A DNA stretch of 64,000 nucleotides. Source: Candidatus Latescibacterota bacterium (GTDB lineage Bacteria; Latescibacterota; UBA2968; UBA8231). This document shows, one piece after another, positions 38,242-47,221 of the stretch; position 1 is the first letter of the stretch, and each line of letters opens with the position of its first letter. Under the pieces are notes generated by a model that was given only the letters and a program-made list of their open reading frames with translations, made no database searches and had not been told where the DNA came from. The stretch lies in the NCBI GenBank assembly GCA_965217585.1, contig OZ244561.1:5664001-5728000 (forward strand), written 5' to 3'. The position numbers were made by a program, and so were the translations under genes.

Positions 38242-39501
38242 ATGGCCAAAAAACGCGGCAAACAACATCCCATCCGCGTCGGCGTAGTCGGCGTCGGTCG
38301 CGGCCGCTCCTTCATGCAGGCGGCTGCGGCGACCGGCATGGAACTAGTCGCCATTTGCGACATTTGGGAAGAGCGACTCATTGCAGAAGGCAAGGCGCTC
38401 AACGTGCCCACATTCGTCGATTACGACGAATTCCTCGGCTGCGACATGGACGCGGTCGTGCTGGCCAACTACTTCCACCAGCACGCCCCGTTTGCCATCA
38501 AAGCGCTCAACGCCGGCAAACACGTAATGAGCGAAACCGCAGCCTGCCACACCTTGGGCGAAGGCGTGGCGCTGGCGCGGACGGTCGAGAAAAGCGGCAA
38601 AATCTACATGTTCGCCGAGAACTACCCCTACATGGTCTTCAACCAAGAGATGAAGCGGCTCTACCAACAGGGCCGCGTCGGCGAGTTCAAATACGGCGAG
38701 GGCGAGTACGTCCACCCCGACCCACCCGAAGTGAAACTGGCGCGTAGCTGCGGGCGCGACCACTGGCGCAACTGGATCCCCGCCACCTACTACTGCACCC
38801 ATTCCATCGCCCCAGTCATGTACATCACCGACACCCGGCCCGTAAAGGTGAACGGCTTTGTCATCCCCTTTGATTTCGCCGACCCCACCCAAACGCTGCA
38901 CATGAACCGCAGTGACACCGCTGCGGTGATCATCTGCCGGATGGACAACGACGCGGTGATGAAGTCGCTACACGGCGCGTTGCGCGGTCACGGCAACTAC
39001 GTCCGCATCCACGGCAACAAGGGCGTGATGGAAAACTGCCGCCACGGCGACAAACAGCGGCTACGCGTGTGGTACGAACCGTGGGAAAAGCGCCAGAGCG
39101 ATCCGGTCGAAACGGTGTACAGTCCCGACTTCCCCGTGCATCATGGCCTAGCGGCGCGCGCTGGACACGGCGGCGGCGACTTTTTCACCAGCTACCACTT
39201 TGCCGAGGCCATCCGCACCGGCGAGCCGCCCTATCTCGACGTGTACCGCGGCATCGACATGAGCATCGCCGGGATCCAAGCGTGGCGTTCGGCGCTGAAC
39301 GATTCGGCACCGCTGGAAGTACCCGACTTCCGCCGCGAATCAGTGCGCCGAAAATACGCCCAAGACGACTGGTCTCCCGACCCCGAGCGCAAAAAGAAGG
39401 GGCAGCCGCCGAGCAGTGTTTTGGGTGAGATCGAACCGGCCGCTGAGGCGAAAAAGCTAGCGAGCAAAGTCTGGGCAGACCAAGGCTATCTCGGCGATTG
39501 A
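38242..39501 (+). CDS. Gfo/Idh/MocA family oxidoreductase
   Basis: VGVVGVGRG Rossmann motif, GKHVMSE, MFAENY, GHGGGD. Confidence 0.9.
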   Translation: MAKKRGKQHPIRVGVVGVGRGRSFMQAAAATGMELVAICDIWEERLIAEGKALNVPTFVDYDEFLGCDMDAVVLANYFHQHAPFAIKALNAGKHVMSETAACHTLGEGVALARTVEKSGKIYMFAENYPYMVFNQEMKRLYQQGRVGEFKYGEGEYVHPDPPEVKLARSCGRDHWRNWIPATYYCTHSIAPVMYITDTRPVKVNGFVIPFDFADPTQTLHMNRSDTAAVIICRMDNDAVMKSLHGALRGHGNYVRIHGNKGVMENCRHGDKQRLRVWYEPWEKRQSDPVETVYSPDFPVHHGLAARAGHGGGDFFTSYHFAEAIRTGEPPYLDVYRGIDMSIAGIQAWRSALNDSAPLEVPDFRRESVRRKYAQDDWSPDPERKKKGQPPSSVLGEIEPAAEAKKLASKVWADQGYLGD

Positions 39502-39505
39502 TTCT

Positions 39506-39864
39506 TCACAAAGTGCCCTTGGGACCCTGTATCTGGACTGGAGACACATCAATCTCGTGGATGTCAACGTTGAACCTGCCGGATGCGTTGACTCCTTGCG
39601 CCCAAAGCAGCAGATCAGATGTTCGGTCAGGTACTTGTACTCCTCGAACAGTCCTCCATCCTCAGGTTTGATATACGCGCGCGGATGATACATGTGATTG
39701 TACGTCGTATATGCCCAGCACCCTGCCGCCTTTGACAGGTGCCACCACGGGGACTTCCTGATGCGGGCAGATATTAGCATCTGGGCGTCGCTGTTCCCGC
39801 TCTGCCGAAGATTAATCGGCAATGTACGCCGCTTGAGACCGTCGATTACCAGAGTTTGTGCCAT
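39506..39864 (-). pseudogene. Deleted and truncated GcvT/DmdA-like aminomethyltransferase
   Basis: The N-terminus RIRKSP...YNHMYHPRAY...EY.YLTEH jumps at ~39619 into another frame, DLLLWAQGVN...IHEIDVSPVQIQGPK, and then stops. The intervening and C-terminal parts are missing. Confidence 0.8.
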
Positions 39865-39922
39865 ATGAGAACCTCCAGTTGTTTGGTTTTTTATATCAAT
39901 TCGACGCGACGCAACACGGATC

Positions 39923-42391
39923 TCACGCCTTCATCTTCTTGCCTTCCGGGTCGTACAGAGGCTCCTGCGCAACCGTTGCTTGCAGACGCTCGCCAAAGTA
40001 GAGGATGTCAACGCTGGTTCCCTCCTCGGTGTAGTCCATCGGCAGGTAGCCATACGCGATGCCGAGGCCGATCGAGTGGCCGTAGTTGGCGCTCGTCACA
40101 TAGCCCAGCACGCGGTCGCCGTTCAAGATTGGCTCCTTGCCCATAACGACGGCGTTGGGGTCGTCCAGCGTTATACAGCACAGCTTGCGCGTCAGGCCCT
40201 GGGCGCGAATTTTCCTCAGCTCGTCCCGACCCAGAAAATCGCCCTTTCCCATCCTCACCGCGAAACCTATGCCCGCCTCGTACGGATTGTACTCGGTGTG
40301 GATGTCGTTACCCCACAGTCGGTAGCCTTTTTCTAGCCGCAGCGAGTCGAACGCGCCTCCACCTGCCGCGATGACTCCGAGCGGCTGGCCGGCCTCCCAC
40401 AGGACATCCCACAACCGCAAGCCTTGCTCGGTGGGGGCGTAGATCTCCCAGCCGAGTTCGCCCACGTATGAAATGCGCAGCGCCAGTGCGGAAACCTCGG
40501 CTATCCTTAGCGGCTTCGCCGTCAAGTAGGGAAACCCCTGGTCGCTTATATCGTCCTCACAGACCCGGCTCAGCAAGTCGCGCGCTCTTGGCCCCCACAG
40601 GCCGATGCAGCACAGCCCCGACGAGATATCAGCTATCCTAACCGATCCGTCGTCCGCTAGATGCGCCTGAATCCAGCCCAGATCGTGGAGTCCCATAGCT
40701 CCTCCCGTGACCACCATGAAGCGGTTCTCACCGAGGCGCGTCACGGTCAGGTCGCACTTGATTCCGCCCCGAGGTGTGAGCATCGACGTGTACGTGATAG
40801 TCCCGACGGGCTTGTTCATCTGATTGGTAGCAAGGCGCTGGAGCGCATCGAGCGAGCCGGCTCCGGTCACCTCGAACTTGGCGAAGGGAGTGAGATCGAA
40901 CAGGGCAACTCTCTCACGAGTGGCGACATGTTCCGCGGCGACCGTCGGCGACCATTCTCGTGCCTCCCAGCCAGCTCGCGCCACGCCGGTAACGCTAAGG
41001 GAATCGAGCAGGCCCTCGTTCGCGGCGTACCACTGGGGACGCTCCCATCCCGCGTTCTCGAAAAAGACGCCGCCCAATTCCCGTTGGCGCGTATAGAACG
41101 GCGTCAGGCGGAGGTTGCGCGGGTTGGCTATCTGCTGTCGCGGGTGGATGATGTCGTACACCTCGCGGTACTGTTGCGCAGCCCGGGCGCGGACGTAGGA
41201 GCGGCTGTAGGCGTGCGGATGGAAGCGCCTTATGTCGCACTCGCGCAGGTCGCTGGTCGGCTCGCCATTTGCGATCCACTCAGCGACCGCTTTGCCGACG
41301 CCTCCGGCGTGTGTAATCCAGACTGCCTGTGCCGACCAGAAGCCGCGGACTTGAGGCGCTTCGCCGAGTATGGGAAATCCGTCGGTAGTGAACGAGAAGA
41401 TGCCGTTGAACTTGCGCGTCAATCCCACGCCCTTGAGGCTCGGCAGCACTTCTCCCGCCGCCGCCATCGCCTTCTCAAAGTGAGGTGACGTGAACGGCAT
41501 CTCGGCCGGAGCGACCGGCGCTTCCGAGTGGTCGAGAATGTCATTGGCGTCCACTAAGAGGGGTTCGTGCTGGTATGAGCCGATGCCGTAGCACTCGCCG
41601 ACCTGCCGGAAGTACACAGCCTCGTCCTGGTGGCGCAAGAACGGCTGCGATATCTCCTCGGTCGCCCCGGCGAGTTCCCGCAGTGGTGTCGTAACGGCGT
41701 AGAGATGTTGCATCGGCGACAGTGGGATGGGCACATCGGCAAACCCGCCAACCTTTGGGGCCCAGATGCCAGTAGCAGCGACTACCAGGTCCGTCTTGAT
41801 GTCGCCGCGCGTGGTATGGACCGCCGCAATGTGTCCGTCCACGATAGCGAAGTCCGTAACCTTGACATTACTGTAGAACGTGGCACCGTTCCGCTCCGCC
41901 TCTCGCGCCATCGCTTCAGCCGGCCTTGTCGCCTTCGTCTGGATGTCGGAAGGAACATACAGTGCACCCAAAATGCGGTCGGATAACATTGGAAGCCGAC
42001 TGCGTGCCTCATCGGCGCTGAGCAGATGGGCCTCCACGCCCCAACTCATGCCATACCCGGCCTTGCGTTTCAGGTCAGCGAAGCGCTCCTGCGTCCAGGC
42101 CACTTCAAGGCTACCCAAGGTCTTGGCGCATGGCTCACCCTCGAGTTCCAACTGTCGCCACAGGTCAACCGTGTAGCGCGCGAAGCCTGTCATGGTCTTC
42201 GATGGGTTAAGCTGAAAAACGAGGCCCGGGGCGTGCGAGGTCGAGCCGCCAGTCTCAAACAGCGGTCCTTGCTCGACGACAACGACATCCCGCCAGCCGA
42301 ATTTCGTCAGATGGTACGCGACGCTGCAACCGACGATGCCTGCGCCAATAATGACGGCCCTAGCTTGCTGCGGCAATGTGGTATCAGACAT
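39923..42391 (-). CDS. Dimethylglycine/sarcosine dehydrogenase-oxidase (FAD domain + GcvT-like THF-binding domain)
   Basis: IIGAGIVG, GSTSHAPG, GWERP, SYVGELGWEI, SLRLEKGYRLWG; 822 aa. Confidence 0.9.
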   Translation of the reverse strand: MSDTTLPQQARAVIIGAGIVGCSVAYHLTKFGWRDVVVVEQGPLFETGGSTSHAPGLVFQLNPSKTMTGFARYTVDLWRQLELEGEPCAKTLGSLEVAWTQERFADLKRKAGYGMSWGVEAHLLSADEARSRLPMLSDRILGALYVPSDIQTKATRPAEAMAREAERNGATFYSNVKVTDFAIVDGHIAAVHTTRGDIKTDLVVAATGIWAPKVGGFADVPIPLSPMQHLYAVTTPLRELAGATEEISQPFLRHQDEAVYFRQVGECYGIGSYQHEPLLVDANDILDHSEAPVAPAEMPFTSPHFEKAMAAAGEVLPSLKGVGLTRKFNGIFSFTTDGFPILGEAPQVRGFWSAQAVWITHAGGVGKAVAEWIANGEPTSDLRECDIRRFHPHAYSRSYVRARAAQQYREVYDIIHPRQQIANPRNLRLTPFYTRQRELGGVFFENAGWERPQWYAANEGLLDSLSVTGVARAGWEAREWSPTVAAEHVATRERVALFDLTPFAKFEVTGAGSLDALQRLATNQMNKPVGTITYTSMLTPRGGIKCDLTVTRLGENRFMVVTGGAMGLHDLGWIQAHLADDGSVRIADISSGLCCIGLWGPRARDLLSRVCEDDISDQGFPYLTAKPLRIAEVSALALRISYVGELGWEIYAPTEQGLRLWDVLWEAGQPLGVIAAGGGAFDSLRLEKGYRLWGNDIHTEYNPYEAGIGFAVRMGKGDFLGRDELRKIRAQGLTRKLCCITLDDPNAVVMGKEPILNGDRVLGYVTSANYGHSIGLGIAYGYLPMDYTEEGTSVDILYFGERLQATVAQEPLYDPEGKKMKA

Positions 42392-42459
42392 GTCTTCTGT
42401 GTCTCCCGCGTCAGGTCATCGGTCCGAACGATGCCACCACACAAATATGGTGTTTCTCC

Positions 42460-43551
42460 TCAAAAATCCATCGCCGGCGGTCCCGTGTAGCCAATGCTCT
42501 GCCACCCGGCGACATCGCCGCCCGTGAGGCGATAGGGGTGCGGATACAGCTTCAGCGTGCGGTCCGCAAAAGGCAGGGACACCCGCTCGTGCTCCCGATG
42601 GGCCGAGCGCACCAAGGCGATAGCCACTTCGAGCGAGTGGCGATAGTCGTCGCCGCTGCTATACGGCTCGGTGCCGGCCTGATGGGCACGTATCAGGCGC
42701 TCGACCGTATAGGCAAAAGCGTCCGCCGCTGGCTGATCCAAAAAGTCGGGATATACCGGAGAAGCCGCCGCGCCGGTCCCCTCGATTAGCACGGGCCGCG
42801 GGCGCGCCAAAAAGACCTGCCCGCGCTCGCCGCCGACCGAGATAAAGGTTGGCACGCGGCCATCAGGCTCAGGGGCGACGACCTCGCAGACGATGCCGCC
42901 GCTCAGCCCCAAACGACCGTACGCAGGCACATCCCCTTCCTCTACAGGAGTGCCTTTCGCCACGTATCCCGGCACCGCCGGCAAGGTGTACCCTTCCACC
43001 CACTCCACATCCATCCCCGTGAGGATGCGCAGGGCCGCGATCTGCACGCAACCGCCGCCCGATACTTCGGTCGGCAGCCCACCCGGGATCGCCGCCGAGG
43101 TCAGCCGCCCAATGTGCCCCTGCCGCACCCACTCGACCACCTCGGGCATATACGGCGTCGCCCATCCGGCCTGAGCGCAGCCGAACAACGTGCCGTGCTC
43201 TCGGCAGATGCGGATCATTTCGTCCGCCTCGTGTAGCTGGTGAGAAATCGGCTTCTCGCAGGACACGACCCGCACGCCAGCGCGAGCGCAGGTGGTGACG
43301 CAGGGATAGTTCTGGCCCACTGGAACGACTGCGGAGACGATGTCGGGCACTTCGGCCGCCAAAAGGCCGTCGAGATCGTCGTACACCTTCTCCACGCCGT
43401 AGCGCCGGGCGATGGCGTCCCGCCGCTCTCTGGCGCGATCGACGAGGCCGACAATCTCGCAGTTGGGATGGGCGGCATAGGCCCGCGTGTAGTAGCGGCC
43501 CCATGTGCCGGCCGCGCCGACGACGGCCACCCGGTATTGTTTATTAGTCAT
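42460..43551 (-). CDS. Gfo/Idh/MocA family oxidoreductase
   Basis: VAVVGAAGTWG Rossmann motif, PDIVS, CEKP. Confidence 0.88.
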   Translation of the reverse strand: MTNKQYRVAVVGAAGTWGRYYTRAYAAHPNCEIVGLVDRARERRDAIARRYGVEKVYDDLDGLLAAEVPDIVSAVVPVGQNYPCVTTCARAGVRVVSCEKPISHQLHEADEMIRICREHGTLFGCAQAGWATPYMPEVVEWVRQGHIGRLTSAAIPGGLPTEVSGGGCVQIAALRILTGMDVEWVEGYTLPAVPGYVAKGTPVEEGDVPAYGRLGLSGGIVCEVVAPEPDGRVPTFISVGGERGQVFLARPRPVLIEGTGAAASPVYPDFLDQPAADAFAYTVERLIRAHQAGTEPYSSGDDYRHSLEVAIALVRSAHREHERVSLPFADRTLKLYPHPYRLTGGDVAGWQSIGYTGPPAMDF

Positions 43552-43565
43552 TGTTAGTCTCCTAA

Positions 43566-43594
43566 TTGACGGGGATAGAGGTCGCGGTTATATT
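43566..43594 (+). promoter_or_regulatory. sigma70 promoter of the tyrS leader
   Basis: TTGACG (43566-71), 17-bp spacer, TATATT (43589-94). Confidence 0.75.
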
Positions 43595-43613
43595 TTTGCG
43601 CGGAGAATGAACG

Positions 43614-43673
43614 ATGCAGAACCTACGCGCCGATCGCCACTATTACTATACCCCGCTTCATAGAGAGGGGTAG
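43614..43673 (+). CDS. Putative Tyr-rich attenuator leader peptide MQNLRADRHYYYTPLHREG
   Basis: GGAGA SD at 43602-06, ATG 43614, TAT-TAC-TAT at 43641-49, TAG at 43671-73; lies immediately upstream of a terminator and tyrS. Confidence 0.8.
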   Translation: MQNLRADRHYYYTPLHREG

Positions 43674-43705
43674 TGCGTTCGCTTTATTGTCTAAACCGCG
43701 TGTAC

Positions 43706-43733
43706 AAGCCCCTGATTACAGGGGCTTTTTTTT
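43706..43733 (+). terminator. Attenuator terminator upstream of tyrS
   Basis: AAGCCCCTG-ATTA-CAGGGGCTT stem running into a T8 tract, 23 nt before the tyrS ATG. Confidence 0.88.
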
Positions 43734-43756
43734 GTGCCTATAAATAAGGAAATATA

Positions 43757-45004
43757 ATGAACATCATACCCGATCTTCAATTCCGCGGCTTGATCTACCA
43801 AGCCACTGACCTCAACGGCCTCGCCGCGCGCCTCGCCGCCGGTCCCGTCGTGCTCTACAATGGCTTCGACCCAACCGCCGACAGCCTGACGGTGGGCAAC
43901 CTCGTGCCGATCCTGCTCCTGCGCCGCTTCCAACTCGCCGGCCACAAGGTCATTGCCTTGGCTGGCGGCGGCACCGGCCTGATTGGCGATCCAGGCGGCA
44001 AGACCGAGGAGCGCCAGCTCAATGCCACCGACGTCGTGGCCGAGTGGACGCAGCAGGTCAAAGCCCAGTTAGAGCGCTTCCTCGAATTCGACGGCCCCAA
44101 CCCCGCAGTGATGGTCGATAACCACGCCTGGCTCGGCCAACTCGCGGCCATCGACTTTATGCGCGATGTCGGCAAGCACTTTCCCGTCCCCTACATGCTG
44201 GCCAAGGACTCGGTCGCCTCGCGCTTAGAAACGGGCATTTCCTACACCGAGTTCAGCTACATGGTGCTACAGGCGTATGATTTCTTGGTCCTCAACAAAG
44301 AATACGGCTGCGAGTTGCAGACCGGCGGCTCTGACCAGTGGGGCAATATCACCGCCGGCACCGATCTGGTCCGCCGCTCCGCCGGCAACCGGGCCTTTGG
44401 CCTGACCTGCCCGCTGGTGACCAAAGCAGACGGCACCAAATTCGGCAAGACCGAGGCGGGCACGGTCTGGCTCGACGTTGCTAAGACCTCGGCCTACCAG
44501 TTTTACCAGTTCTGGATCAACGCCGAGGACCAGAAGGTCGTCGATTACCTGAAAACCTACACCTTCTTGGAGCAGGACGCGATCCTCCAACTCGCCGAAA
44601 CCGTCCGCGACCAGCCCGAACGGCGCGAGGCCCAGCGCACCCTCGCTGCCGAGGCAACGACCATGGTGCATGGAGCCGATGCTGCTCGCCGAGCCGAACG
44701 CATCTCACACGCGCTCTTTTACGGGGAGTTTCAGGAGCTATCCGAGGAGGAAATCCTCGAAGGCTTTGACGACGTGCCAACGCACGCGATGGGTCAGGAG
44801 GAACTATGGCTGATCGATCTGCTCGTCGCGGCTGGCGTCTCCTCCTCCAAGCGCCAAGCCCGCCAAGACGTGCAAAACGGCTCAATCTACATCAACGGCG
44901 AGCGCTGCACGGACATGGCGCGGAGCATGCGGTGCCAAGAGGGCCTACACGGCAAATACCTAATCGTGCGCCGGGGCAAGAAGCAGTACACCCTCGTCTG
45001 CTAG
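43757..45004 (+). CDS. tyrS: Tyrosine--tRNA ligase
   Basis: YNGFDPTADSLTVGN (HIGH-like), QTGGSDQWGNI, KFGKT (KMSKS-like), C-terminal S4 domain ending RRGKK. Confidence 0.97.
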   Translation: MNIIPDLQFRGLIYQATDLNGLAARLAAGPVVLYNGFDPTADSLTVGNLVPILLLRRFQLAGHKVIALAGGGTGLIGDPGGKTEERQLNATDVVAEWTQQVKAQLERFLEFDGPNPAVMVDNHAWLGQLAAIDFMRDVGKHFPVPYMLAKDSVASRLETGISYTEFSYMVLQAYDFLVLNKEYGCELQTGGSDQWGNITAGTDLVRRSAGNRAFGLTCPLVTKADGTKFGKTEAGTVWLDVAKTSAYQFYQFWINAEDQKVVDYLKTYTFLEQDAILQLAETVRDQPERREAQRTLAAEATTMVHGADAARRAERISHALFYGEFQELSEEEILEGFDDVPTHAMGQEELWLIDLLVAAGVSSSKRQARQDVQNGSIYINGERCTDMARSMRCQEGLHGKYLIVRRGKKQYTLVC

Positions 45005-45069
45005 AAAACGGTGAGAAGGACAACATAGGGCAAGAGGATATCCAGTAAGGAAGGACTGAGAAGGTCCTT

Positions 45070-45408
45070 TTATCCATACACCTTGACTCCAAGCGGGGCA
45101 AAGGATTGGGGGTCAAGATGCCGATCGAGGTCGATTACGGTCACCACTCTGCCAGTAGCGTCCTCCAATTCTTTCATTAGCTCAAGCACAACAGGCGAGC
45201 AACCTGCCACAGCCACGTCAATGTCGGACGACTCTCGCCAAGAATCGGGCGACCGCAGCGAGCCCACAATGTACGCAGCCTCGATTCCGAGCGGCTCCCG
45301 CAGTTCCAACAAGGTACGACGAACGCAGTCGAGCAACTCGGCCTGCTCTGCCGCTAGCCGCTGGCGTCGCGCTCTTATGGCTTCGTCGAGGATACTGGTG
45401 TCGAACAT
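45070..45408 (-). CDS. Minimal nucleotidyltransferase (MNT, MntA-like antitoxin)
   Basis: AYIVGSL....W...SDIDVAV (GS-x-DxD) motif; 112 aa from ATG 45408. Confidence 0.8.
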   Translation of the reverse strand: MFDTSILDEAIRARRQRLAAEQAELLDCVRRTLLELREPLGIEAAYIVGSLRSPDSWRESSDIDVAVAGCSPVVLELMKELEDATGRVVTVIDLDRHLDPQSFAPLGVKVYG

Positions 45409-45424
45409 ACTTTCGCCGCTTGGC

Positions 45425-47218
45425 TTACTCCCACTCCACCGTGCCCGGCGGCTTGTGGGTAATGTCGTAGAAGACTGCTTCAATCCCTGCTAGTGCCAAC
45501 AGCCGCTCGCACACGTCGTCCAAAAACGCCTGCGGCAACGGGCAAAAGCGCGCGGTCATAAAGTCGGAAGTCGCAATCGGCCGCAGCACCACACTCTCTT
45601 GGACTCCATCCGACGACAGCGGCAGCAGCACCGTCGGCATCTGGGTTACTTCCTCCATCAGCCCGTGGCGCTCCAACGCCTCCATGCTGATGGCATCGGC
45701 CCGACGCAGTAGATCGAGCCGGTCGCGGGTCAAATATCCCGCCTTGAGGCTTTGCTGCGGCCGCGGTGCCGGCCCCAGCAGGTAGATCACCCGATTGATC
45801 GACGGGAAGTTATTGGTCAGTTCGGTGGACAGCGCCTCCAGCGTCTTCCACTCGCTCTGGCCAGAAACCACCGCTGGATGCGCGTAGGTCCGCGAATCGC
45901 CCTGCACGCCAACGCTGCGCAGCGGCAGCACATCGAGCGCTAGGCCGAATGTCGCCGCCACCTTCTGCGCCTCAGCGACCGTCTCGAATGCTAAGTTCTC
46001 CGCACTCGACCCCTCGCTACACAAGACCCGCACCGCCAGCCCCGGTCCTGGGAACGGATGCCGCCAGACCAAGTGGTGCGGCAAGCCGAGCGTCTCGCCC
46101 AAGGTCCGCGCCTCGTCCTTGTAGAGCTGATCTAGCGGCTCGACGACCTTGCCCTCAGCCAAGAGCTGATCGATGACGCCGACGCGGTTGTGATGGGTCT
46201 TGATGACCGCCGCATTTTCCGTGCCACCGGACTCGATGGTATCCGTGTAGAGCGTCCCCTGGCCCAACAGCCACTCGTCCGGGTCCAGCGCCAGCGCCGC
46301 CAGCGCCCGGTCGCGGACGCGAATGAACTCCTCGCCGATCTGCAGCCGCTTCTCTTCTGGATCGGCAATCCCCTCCGTGGCGGCGAGGAATTCCGCGCTG
46401 GCATCAACGACTTCCAGATTGTGCAGGCCGGCCCCCTTCATCAGCCGCTCGACCAGCGCGGTCTCGCCCTCGCGCATAAAGCCGTTGTCAATGTGCAAGC
46501 CCAGCACCCGCTCTGGGCCCAAGGCGCGGTTGAGCAAGAGAAACGCCACCGACGAATCGACCCCGCCGCTGACGAACAGAAAGACATTGCGCCCCTTCGC
46601 CTGCTGTTGGATCCGCTCTATCGTTTGCTCGATGTAGCGCTCCATCGTCCAGTTCCGCTCTGCGCTGCACAGCGCGGCGAAGTTATCGAGGATTTCCATG
46701 CCCCGGACGGTGTGCGTTACTTCTGGATGGAACTGCAAGCCGTATATCTTGCGCTCGGCGTCGCCCATTGCCGCCACCGGACAGTCCTCGGTTGCGCCCA
46801 AAACGGCAAACCCGGGTGGCAGAGCCGCAACGTGGTCGCGATGGCTCATCCACACCCGCTCGCGCGCGTCCAACCCGCCTAGTACCCCCTCTGCCTTGTG
46901 GACTTGCAAATAGGCCACGCCAAATTCGTGAGTCGTCCCCCGCTCGACTTGGCCACCCAAGCGGTGGCAGAGCAGTTGGTGGCCGTAGCACAAGCCCAGC
47001 ATCGGCTTGCCCATCGCCAAAATCTCGGGATTGTACGCTGGGGCTTCTGGGTCATAGACGCTGGCCGGGCCGCCCGACAGAATCAGCCCGTCGGCGTCTT
47101 GCAAATCGGCAACCACAGTCTCTGGCGAGCGGATCTCAGCATAAACGCGGAGGCGGCGAATGCGGTTGGCGATTAAGTGGGCGTACTGCCCGCCGAAGTC
47201 GAGAACGACGATGCTCAC
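45425..47218 (-). CDS. guaA: GMP synthase (glutamine-hydrolysing), long form
   Basis: VLDFGGQY, GLCYGHQ, QFHPEV, SGGVDS, IKTHHN, RHPFPGPGL, KPPGTVEWE. Confidence 0.97.
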   Translation of the reverse strand: MSIVVLDFGGQYAHLIANRIRRLRVYAEIRSPETVVADLQDADGLILSGGPASVYDPEAPAYNPEILAMGKPMLGLCYGHQLLCHRLGGQVERGTTHEFGVAYLQVHKAEGVLGGLDARERVWMSHRDHVAALPPGFAVLGATEDCPVAAMGDAERKIYGLQFHPEVTHTVRGMEILDNFAALCSAERNWTMERYIEQTIERIQQQAKGRNVFLFVSGGVDSSVAFLLLNRALGPERVLGLHIDNGFMREGETALVERLMKGAGLHNLEVVDASAEFLAATEGIADPEEKRLQIGEEFIRVRDRALAALALDPDEWLLGQGTLYTDTIESGGTENAAVIKTHHNRVGVIDQLLAEGKVVEPLDQLYKDEARTLGETLGLPHHLVWRHPFPGPGLAVRVLCSEGSSAENLAFETVAEAQKVAATFGLALDVLPLRSVGVQGDSRTYAHPAVVSGQSEWKTLEALSTELTNNFPSINRVIYLLGPAPRPQQSLKAGYLTRDRLDLLRRADAISMEALERHGLMEEVTQMPTVLLPLSSDGVQESVVLRPIATSDFMTARFCPLPQAFLDDVCERLLALAGIEAVFYDITHKPPGTVEWE

Positions 47219-47221
47219 GAT

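Noticed and set aside
43607-43663. Alternative leader ORF MNDAEPTRRSPLLLYPAS
   Set aside because: Its ATG directly abuts the GGAGA SD and it has only one Tyr codon. The 43614 frame has proper spacing and YYY.
43600-43740. T-box riboswitch upstream of tyrS
   Set aside because: No GGTGGNACC T-box consensus or stem I motifs, and the leader is short. The Tyr-codon leader peptide explains the terminator better.
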